NCBI GenBank assembly: GCA_050298055.1
Contig: JBNKTL010000046.1
Coordinates: 1 to 41,720, forward strand
DNA length: 41,720 nt
Direction: 5' to 3'
From: Spirochaetota bacterium
GTDB taxonomy: Bacteria > Spirochaetota > UBA4802 > UBA5550
Below, piece by piece: positions 34,758-41,720 of the stretch (within the stretch, counting starts at the first letter, position 1; each line of letters opens with the position of its first letter). The translations under genes were made by a program, and so were the position numbers. The notes beneath the pieces are model-generated. The model worked only from the letters and a program-made list of their open reading frames with translations, was not told the origin of the DNA and searched no databases.

Positions 34758-35951
34758 ATGAAAATCAGACGGGAAATTGCCGCGCGGCTTGAGAGTGAAT
34801 TCAACCGGAAGGAAATATCAATACTTCTCGGACCGCGGCAGGTGGGCAAAACTTTCCTTCTGGACGAACTGGCAAAAATCGCGAAAAAGAAAAAACTCCG
34901 TTTCCGGTATTATAACCTGGAGGTCCCTTCGGACACCATCATATTCAACAGGCCCGACACTGAAATCTTTGAAGAATTAACACACAATACCGACGTGGTC
35001 TTCATCGACGAATTTCATTACATAAAAAACGCGTCGCAAATATTCAAAGCGGTCTTCGACAGCAAAAAAAAAGTGAAGATATTCGCGTCCGGTTCCTCCT
35101 CCATTGAGATCCATAAACATTTAAAGGAAAGTCTCGCGGGCAGAAGGCTTATATCCCTTATTTACCCGTTAAATTATCACGAATTTTCTCAGACAAAAGA
35201 AAAAAATATTTTCGAACGCTACCTGGTATTCGGCGGCATGCCGGGACTTGTGCATTTCAGCCGGGAAGACGAAAAGATACGCCTGTTAAATGAAATTCTG
35301 GAAACCTATATTCAAAAAGACATCAAGTCATTACTCAAAGAAGAAAATATCCGGGCTTTCAATACCCTGCTCTATCTCTTGGCTGAGAACCAGGGAAGCA
35401 TAACATCGGTCAGCAATCTTTCGCATGAAATTGGCCTGACCGCAAATACCATAAGTAAATATCTTTCCCTGCTGGAACAGACATTCGTGATTTTTCCCGT
35501 AAGTTCATACGCGAAAAATATCGGCAATGAGCTTAAAAAATCCAAAAAATACTATTTCTTTGATACCGGTATCAGAAATGTAATATTGAAAGATTTCGGG
35601 AAACCCAATGACAGGGACGATACGGGCATACTGAATGAAACATTTATTCTTCTTCAGATGCGCTACAATTTAAAACCGAATTTCGACATTAAATTCTGGA
35701 GAAACAAGCAGGGACAGGAAATTGACTTTGTCCTTTTAAAAAACAGAAAGCCTTTTCTCATCGAAGTAAAAACCGGTTTAAACGCCCCTGACATTCCCGG
35801 CGCCTTTAAAATATTCATTAATAATTATCCGGATACCCTGGGAGGGATCGTCTTTTCAAATAATTTTGAAGGGGAAAGGGACTTCCGGGGTAAAAAGATC
35901 CGTTTTATGAAACATGAAGGTATAATGAAATTTATCGCGAAAACCCTGTAG
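34758..35951 (+). CDS. AAA+ ATPase with wHTH and C-terminal PD-(D/E)xK-like domain (COG1373 / AAA_14 + DUF4143)
   Basis: GPRQVGKT, FIDEFH, SGSSS, ESLAGRR, FGGMP, KYYFFDTG, EIDFV...IEVK. Confidence 0.9.
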   Translation: MKIRREIAARLESEFNRKEISILLGPRQVGKTFLLDELAKIAKKKKLRFRYYNLEVPSDTIIFNRPDTEIFEELTHNTDVVFIDEFHYIKNASQIFKAVFDSKKKVKIFASGSSSIEIHKHLKESLAGRRLISLIYPLNYHEFSQTKEKNIFERYLVFGGMPGLVHFSREDEKIRLLNEILETYIQKDIKSLLKEENIRAFNTLLYLLAENQGSITSVSNLSHEIGLTANTISKYLSLLEQTFVIFPVSSYAKNIGNELKKSKKYYFFDTGIRNVILKDFGKPNDRDDTGILNETFILLQMRYNLKPNFDIKFWRNKQGQEIDFVLLKNRKPFLIEVKTGLNAPDIPGAFKIFINNYPDTLGGIVFSNNFEGERDFRGKKIRFMKHEGIMKFIAKTL

Positions 35952-36009
35952 TTAATCCCGCCCGCATGCTTCCTGCCGTTCTCTTTTTATTTTTTACAGA
36001 CAAAAATAC

Positions 36010-36038
36010 TTGAACAGGGAAATTTTCTGTAATACAAT
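36010..36038 (+). promoter_or_regulatory. sigma70 promoter
   Basis: TTGAAC-N17-TACAAT upstream of the 36063 ORF. Confidence 0.55.
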
Positions 36039-36062
36039 ATTTGCTTTCACTATATAAGAGCA

Positions 36063-36479
36063 GTGAACAGCAGGAAGAGTATAATGCCCATTGTTTTTGA
36101 ATATGACGAAGAAAACAATATTCTCTATGAAAAGGGAGAGGGTACCATAAGCCTGGATGAATTTATCGAATACAGGGAAAAACTGGCAGGCATAAAGATA
36201 AGGTCCGGCCTGAGGTGCCTGGCGGATTACAGGGAAGCAGTTGTGAATTATTCTTACGACGAGATGTGGTCGGCCTTAACAAATATTAATAAAGTTGCGG
36301 ATAATTTTGAGGATATTCGTATTGCAATCTGTGCTTCCGATGATCTCGGTTTTGGAATGGCGCGGATGTACAGTTCCATAACCGAAAATAATAATTATAA
36401 GACAAACGTTTTTCGCTCAATAGAAGACGCGTGCGTCTGGCTCGGGATAAACTATAATTCGAAATTACTCAGAAGATAG
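36063..36479 (+). CDS. Hypothetical STAS/SpoIIAA-like small protein (start possibly 36084)
   Basis: LADYRE...RIAI...DLGFGMARMY...VFRSIEDA..WLG pattern typical of STAS/SEC14-like small proteins. Confidence 0.7.
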   Translation: MNSRKSIMPIVFEYDEENNILYEKGEGTISLDEFIEYREKLAGIKIRSGLRCLADYREAVVNYSYDEMWSALTNINKVADNFEDIRIAICASDDLGFGMARMYSSITENNNYKTNVFRSIEDACVWLGINYNSKLLRR

Positions 36480-36495
36480 AAACCCTTTCTCTTAT

Positions 36496-36528
36496 ATGAC
36501 AAAGCCGGCTGAAAGCCGGCTTTGTCAT
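36496..36528. terminator. Bidirectional terminator hairpin
   Basis: ATGACAAAGCCGGCT-GAA-AGCCGGCTTTGTCAT, a perfect stem between convergent genes. Confidence 0.8.
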
Positions 36529-36542
36529 GTTCCCATACGCGC

Positions 36543-38357
36543 CTATTCCAGCGCATACATGGATTCGATTTCAGCAGCGTACTTCTTGCTGATAACGCCT
36601 CTTTTCACCTTTTGTGTGGGTGTCAGTTCCTCGGTCTCCTGTGTCCATTCCGCATCGAGCAGCGTGAACTTTCTTATCTGTTCAACCCTTGAGTACTGTG
36701 CAGTATACTTCCTGATCTCATCTTCAATAAGCTTTATCACGGCGGTATTATTGGCTATTTCGCTGTTATCAGAAAAAGTATACCCCTGCTTTTGGCCCCA
36801 CTTGATCAACTCCTCGAAATTCGGTATCACCAGGGCCGAGAGATACTTTCTCCTGTCGCCAATGACGGCAACCTGTTCAATAAACCTCGACTCCTTAAGG
36901 CTGTTCTCTATATTTTGCGGAGAGATGTTCTTCCCGCCCGCGGTTACAATGATATCCTTGATTCTTCCGGTAATTGAGAGATAGCCGTCTTCATCGATAA
37001 TTCCGATATCACCGGTCCTGAAAAAACCGTCCTTTGTAAAGACTTCCTTTGTGGCCTTGGGATTTTTATAGTAACCCTTCATGACCTGCGGTCCCTTGAT
37101 AAGGATCTCTCCTTCATCCGATATTTTTACCTTTGTTTCCGGGATAGGAGGGCCCACCGTTCCCGGTTTAATATTACCCGGCAGATTCACATTGGTTACG
37201 GGAGTTGTCTCGGTGAGACCAAAACCTTCAATAACGGAGATCTCCATCCCCAGGAAAAACTCCGCGTCGGATACAGAGAGAGGTCCTCCCCCGGAGACGG
37301 CAAACTTCAACCTGTCCATTCCAAGGGCCACCTTCAGTTTACTGAACACCAGCTTGTCCGCAAGGTTATAGAGCACCGCGAAGAGCCCGGATCTGGGTGC
37401 CCCCGAACACATATAGGGAAGGTTCTTTTTGGCCATATTCATGGCGAAGTTGAATATTCCCTTCTTCACCGCGGAAGCATCGGACACCTTGGCAAGGATC
37501 CCCGCATGGACCTTTTCATAGATTCTCGGGACACTGACCATAATGGTCGGCCGCACCTCCAGAAAGTTCTCCATGAGAGTGGAGATATCTTCGGCAAAAG
37601 CGACCTTACAGCCCATGGTAATCGGCATATAGTAACCGGCCGTTCTCTCCAGTGAATGTGAAAGGGGAAGGAATGAGAGAAAGATATCATCCTCAGTGAG
37701 GTATTTGTTTATATCGGGAATTTTCATGATATTGTTCACGTTTGAAATAAAATTGCCGTGTGTAAGCATGACCCCTTTCGGATTTCCCGTGGTTCCCGAT
37801 GTGTAAATTATCGTTGCCAGATCATCCGGTTTAATTGCCTTAAGTTTTGCGTCAAAGTCCTTTTTCTTTTTGTAACCCTGTCCTTTTTTCAGGGCTTCTC
37901 CGATAGTTATGACTCCCTTCTTCTTACTGCCCGGTTCATCAAATATTACCATGTTTTTGACCTTGGACAGTTTTCTTTTTACCTTCAGGACCCTGTCAAG
38001 ATGGCTTTCAGTCCCCGCAAAGCAGACCGTAGAACCGGAGTTATTGAGAATATACTCGGCTTCTTCAGATGAGTTTGTGGCATAAATCGGAACATTGACC
38101 GCACCAATGGATGTTATGGCCAGGTCGGCGACCCACCACTCATACCTGTTGGGAGAAAAGAGCCCGACCCTTTCTCCTTTTTTTACGCCTATGGAAAGAA
38201 GGTAGCATGCAAGATCGTGAACCATTTCGTTCATCTCATTCCATGATAAATCCGTATAAAAACCATCCTTTTTATAAGCGACACAGGCCTTATCTCCCCT
38301 CTTTTCTGCCATGTTCTGAAACTTGGCAGCCAGTGAATTATCTTTAAACTTTCCCAC
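36543..38357 (-). CDS. fadD: Long-chain fatty acid-CoA ligase (AMP-binding, FadD family)
   Basis: GTG 38357 after GGGAGG; YTSGTTGNPKG, LPLSHSLER, EGFGLTET, FRTGDIG, ITGRIKD, ELTPTQKVKR. Confidence 0.92.
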   Translation of the reverse strand: MGKFKDNSLAAKFQNMAEKRGDKACVAYKKDGFYTDLSWNEMNEMVHDLACYLLSIGVKKGERVGLFSPNRYEWWVADLAITSIGAVNVPIYATNSSEEAEYILNNSGSTVCFAGTESHLDRVLKVKRKLSKVKNMVIFDEPGSKKKGVITIGEALKKGQGYKKKKDFDAKLKAIKPDDLATIIYTSGTTGNPKGVMLTHGNFISNVNNIMKIPDINKYLTEDDIFLSFLPLSHSLERTAGYYMPITMGCKVAFAEDISTLMENFLEVRPTIMVSVPRIYEKVHAGILAKVSDASAVKKGIFNFAMNMAKKNLPYMCSGAPRSGLFAVLYNLADKLVFSKLKVALGMDRLKFAVSGGGPLSVSDAEFFLGMEISVIEGFGLTETTPVTNVNLPGNIKPGTVGPPIPETKVKISDEGEILIKGPQVMKGYYKNPKATKEVFTKDGFFRTGDIGIIDEDGYLSITGRIKDIIVTAGGKNISPQNIENSLKESRFIEQVAVIGDRRKYLSALVIPNFEELIKWGQKQGYTFSDNSEIANNTAVIKLIEDEIRKYTAQYSRVEQIRKFTLLDAEWTQETEELTPTQKVKRGVISKKYAAEIESMYALE

Positions 38358-38732
38358 AATGACCTCCCGTCTCTGCAATTGTTGAATTTTCAAAATTATA
38401 GATAGAATATGTTGTAATAAAATCAAATGTGCAATATAAATTCCACCATTTTTTTTCTCTCTTTTGACCTAAAAATTATTAATTTTCCGCAGAGAAATTT
38501 GGTTCCGTGTTTCAGGTCATGGGAAAATAGTTTCATACAAAGAGCACAAAGTATACAAAGGGAAAAAAGAGTGTAAGAAAGGAGACAGGGAGATGGAGGG
38601 GATAGGGGGATAAGATAAGTCAGAAATAACCCGGTGAATTTTCCGGGTGTTTTTCATAAAGAAAAATTCTTGACACCAGACTGTTCTGATACCAGATTCC
38701 TAAATGATTTTTTATTCCAAGGAGCACCTGTT

Positions 38733-39866
38733 TTGGCAGAATCTAACAAAAAAAAGAAATCCGCAAAAAAGAAAACACCTGTAGAAAGCACGGCTGTCAA
38801 AAAGAAAAAAACCGCAAAAAAGACGGCTTCTGTTAAAACAGCAAAAACTGCTTTAAAAAAATCTGTTAAAAGCAAAAAGAAATCTGTCAAAAAACCGGCA
38901 AAAAAGCAGACACCAAAAAAAACCGTTAAAAAAGTCAACCGTCCAAACAAAAAGGAACCCGCAAAAAAGATAAACAGGGAAGAGCGGATGAAGTCCCTCA
39001 TACCCAAAACTCTCCTTGATGAATCCCGGCCGGAAATAAAGACAACGTATACGAAAGAATCATCTGACAGGAAACCGGTTAAAAAGAAACCGTACCCGGA
39101 GGACATCTCAGAATCTGAACTGGCGGCAAAGGAAAGGGGCGATGAGCCCATGACAGTTGTGGATCACCTTGATGAGATGAGGTCCCGGCTGCTCTACAGC
39201 CTTATGACGGTAATCATTTTTACATTTGCGGGATTTTTTCTTTCGGATGATCTCCTTTATTTCATCAACAAACCCTTCATTGCGACCGGGCAAAAACTGA
39301 ACATCTTTAAACTCACAGGCGGATTCATCATCAGGCTTAAAGCCTCTTTTGTGGCGGGGCTCATGCTGGGCCTGCCCGTTATTCTTTACCATGTCTGGAA
39401 GTTCATAGCGCCTGCCATCTCAAAAAAAGACCGCAGGTTTTCCCTTACAGCTCTCGTAGCGGCATTTTTTCTCTTCTATGGGGGGATGGCATTTGTCTTT
39501 TTTCTTTTACTTCCCTTTGCAATTGACATGCTCCTGGGATTTATCGGTGCGGAGATGCTGAGCACAATCGGGGCAAGTGACTATATGAGTTTTATCCTCA
39601 TGATGAGTATTGCCATGGGCGTACTCTTTGAATTGCCCATTGTTGTAATGATTCTCACACGGATCGGTATCCTCACTCCCGCATTTCTCATCCAGATGAG
39701 GAAATATTCAGTTGTGATTATCTGGATAATCGCGGCAATAATAACACCCCAGGATATTCTCTCACAGGTCCTTGTAGCCGTACCTCTCATGTTTCTCTAC
39801 GAGATCTCGATAGTTATTTCCCGGATCATGACGGTGAGGAAAAAGAAAAGAGAGGCGCAGGAGTAA
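38733..39866 (+). CDS. tatC: Twin-arginine translocase TatC with a long Lys-rich N-terminal extension
   Basis: TTG 38733 after AAGGAG; MTVVDHLDEMRSRL, WKFIAPA, FELP, AAIITP.D..SQ...AVPL..LYEISI. Confidence 0.92.
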   Translation: MAESNKKKKSAKKKTPVESTAVKKKKTAKKTASVKTAKTALKKSVKSKKKSVKKPAKKQTPKKTVKKVNRPNKKEPAKKINREERMKSLIPKTLLDESRPEIKTTYTKESSDRKPVKKKPYPEDISESELAAKERGDEPMTVVDHLDEMRSRLLYSLMTVIIFTFAGFFLSDDLLYFINKPFIATGQKLNIFKLTGGFIIRLKASFVAGLMLGLPVILYHVWKFIAPAISKKDRRFSLTALVAAFFLFYGGMAFVFFLLLPFAIDMLLGFIGAEMLSTIGASDYMSFILMMSIAMGVLFELPIVVMILTRIGILTPAFLIQMRKYSVVIIWIIAAIITPQDILSQVLVAVPLMFLYEISIVISRIMTVRKKKREAQE

Positions 39867-39872
39867 ATTGGC

Positions 39873-39900
39873 TTGACTGAAGCGGTTAAAAATCTATAAT
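39873..39900 (+). promoter_or_regulatory. sigma70 promoter for pgk
   Basis: TTGACT-N16-TATAAT. Confidence 0.6.
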
Positions 39901-40079
39901 ATTATTAATTGAATATATGATACATCAGAGCTGAGTCGGACATCGACTGCATGATTTTTAACTGATTACAAAAATGTAACCCCTGAATGAACCAGGGATT
40001 ACAAAAGCAGATTGGTGTAAAATATGCGGGCTCAGCACGAGTGACAATATTTTGACTTTTCATTCATAAGGGTAATGGT

Positions 40080-41267
40080 ATGACAATCAGGTATATTGAT
40101 GAAGTTGACGTAAAAGAGAAGCGTGTTCTCATAAAGGTTGATTACAACGTCCCCTACAATGAGAATAGGGAAATCACCGATGAAACCCGGATAACATCAA
40201 CCCTCCCCACCATAAACTACTGCCTTGAAAACAACGCAAAAATCATCCTGGTCTCTCACCTCGGAAGACCCAAGGGAAAAAAGGTGAATGAGATGAGCCT
40301 CAGGCCTGTGAGAGACAGGCTCTCAGAACTCATAAAAAAAGAGATAAAGTTCTCCGATTCTGATATAAATGAAGAAACGGTAAAAGTAACCGAAGAGATG
40401 AAACCGGGAGAAATACTGCTCCTTGAAAATATACGCTTTTTCCCGGAAGAAGAGAAGAATGACGATAATTTCGGGAAAAGACTTGCAGCGCTTGCGGATG
40501 TCTATGTAAACGATGCCTTTGCAGTTGCCCATCGCGGCCATGCCTCAAACGACTCAATAACCAGGCATATTAAAAACTGCTGCGCAGGATTTCTTTTAAA
40601 AAATGAAATTGAATACTTCAATAAGGCAATTGATAATCCGGAAAGGCCTCTTGGCGCGCTCATCGGCGGGGCAAAGGTGTCCGGTAAACTGGAAGTATTA
40701 AATAATATTCTGGAAAAGGTGGATTATCTTATCATCGGCGGCGGGATGGCCTTTACCTTTCTCAAGGCAAAGGGCTTCACTACAGGAAAATCACTCATGG
40801 AGGAGGACCTCGTTGATGACGCCATGGAGATCATGAAAAGCGCCGAGTCAAAGGGCAAAAATATACTGCTTCCCGTAGATATTGTGGCAGCCGAAGAGTT
40901 TGATAACGAATCACCGCAGACCATAGTCCGGGCATCATCAATTCCCGACAACCTCATGGGCCTGGATATCGGTCCCGAAACAATAAAGCTCTTCTCTTCA
41001 AAGATTATGGACTCCAGGACAATCATCTGGAACGGGCCAATGGGCGCATTCGAGATGCCGAATTTCTCCAACGGGACCAATAAAATCGCGGAGATCATCG
41101 CAGATACCGACTGCCTGAGTATAGTAGGAGGGGGCGATAGCGTGACCGCCGTTAACCAGGCGGGTATTGCCGGGAAGATATCATATATATCCACCGGGGG
41201 AGGCGCCTTTCTGGACCTCATGGGAGGAAAAACACTGCCGGCACTTAAAGCTCTGGGCAGGTGTTAA
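40080..41267 (+). CDS. pgk: Phosphoglycerate kinase
   Basis: VDYNVP, SHLGRPKG, LLENIRF, YVNDAFAVAHR, GGAKVSGK, WNGPMGAFE, GGGDS, ISTGGGA. Confidence 0.98.
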   Translation: MTIRYIDEVDVKEKRVLIKVDYNVPYNENREITDETRITSTLPTINYCLENNAKIILVSHLGRPKGKKVNEMSLRPVRDRLSELIKKEIKFSDSDINEETVKVTEEMKPGEILLLENIRFFPEEEKNDDNFGKRLAALADVYVNDAFAVAHRGHASNDSITRHIKNCCAGFLLKNEIEYFNKAIDNPERPLGALIGGAKVSGKLEVLNNILEKVDYLIIGGGMAFTFLKAKGFTTGKSLMEEDLVDDAMEIMKSAESKGKNILLPVDIVAAEEFDNESPQTIVRASSIPDNLMGLDIGPETIKLFSSKIMDSRTIIWNGPMGAFEMPNFSNGTNKIAEIIADTDCLSIVGGGDSVTAVNQAGIAGKISYISTGGGAFLDLMGGKTLPALKALGRC

Positions 41268-41297
41268 GATATTTTCGCAGGATACCGAAGAACCCAC

Positions 41298-41720
41298 TCA
41301 AAAGAAATTCACGAATACTTTCAGGGAAATATTGATGACCAGGTGAATAAGAAACGCAGGCCAGAAAGAATTTCCCCTGTACGCGACAAAACCGAAATAA
41401 AGCCCCATGGGGATACAGGCGAAAATCTCCAGAACCGGTTTTCCCATATGCATGAGAGTAAAGGGGACCATCTGGATGACAATGCTTCCCTCGCCGAATC
41501 TCTCCTTCAAGCCCATGAGCATAAATCCCCTGAAAAGAAACTCCCAGGCAAAAAGCTTTACTGTAAAGTCAGCGGTATAACTGACCATGTTCAGGCTCCT
41601 GCTGCTATAGTACCGGGAAATTGAGGCATCCCGCGAAGCAATAAAAAGTATGATCAGCGCAACCAAGGATGCAACTCCCACATGAACACTCCATACCCTT
41701 ATATTACCCGGCCTCAACCC
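41298..41720 (-). CDS. CPBP (CAAX/Abi) intramembrane metalloprotease, 5'-truncated by the window edge
   Basis: WEFLFRGF, FTLMHMGKP, AFLIH motifs; the frame is open to the window end. Confidence 0.85.
   Translation of the reverse strand, partial: GLRPGNIRVWSVHVGVASLVALIILFIASRDASISRYYSSRSLNMVSYTADFTVKLFAWEFLFRGFMLMGLKERFGEGSIVIQMVPFTLMHMGKPVLEIFACIPMGLYFGFVAYRGNSFWPAFLIHLVINISLKVFVNFF

Noticed and set aside
34529..34849. 106-aa minus-strand ORF
   Set aside because: Overlaps the ATPase start and the palindrome, with no coding features.
38578..38620. Purine-rich GGAGA/GGATA quasi-repeats in the fadD-tatC intergenic region
   Set aside because: Short and irregular, with no supportable function.
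38634..39866. Tat export of the MACPF-like proteins
   Set aside because: Their signal peptides lack a twin-arginine motif, and tatC is over 20 kb away among housekeeping genes.
39930..40037. 6S or SRP RNA call for the pgk leader
   Set aside because: Too short for typical 6S RNA and lacks the SRP GGAA-loop/AGCAG motif; kept only as an unassigned structure.

Overview
Bacterial chromosomal window, most likely from a spirochaete: the FlgG sequence and the flgG-flgA-flgH-flgI-flgJ order are Leptospira-like, but the taxonomy is inference. The standout feature is a ~13 kb minus-strand array (4373-17216) of seven related exported proteins. Six are single-domain paralogs with signal peptides, six invariant cysteines and shared motifs (LGRGY...FQSxC, FFxSCGxYYVRS, GLGKNE, EVVPWVEN, YCMP). 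The seventh is a lipoprotein with two diverged copies of the domain plus MORN repeats. The motifs and two hypervariable Ser/Thr-rich hairpin-like inserts suggest a divergent MACPF-like pore-forming fold, so this is a candidate multi-subunit, complement-MAC-like pore system (inference, needs structure prediction). Nearby are a collagen-like protein, a GT-C glycosyltransferase, a small lipoprotein, a stand-alone Cache protein, a sensor-less hybrid kinase and a response regulator, and two related palindromic elements bracket the array. The rest of the window holds envelope-folding genes (DsbC-like, DegP/HtrA), flagellar rod and ring genes, a lipase, an AT-rich putative defence islet (HNH nuclease, HEPN-like protein, His-rich protein) beside an AAA ATPase with a palindromic promoter, then a long-chain acyl-CoA ligase, tatC, pgk and a partial CPBP protease. 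No rRNA, tRNA, CRISPR array, transposase, integrase or reverse transcriptase was recognised.
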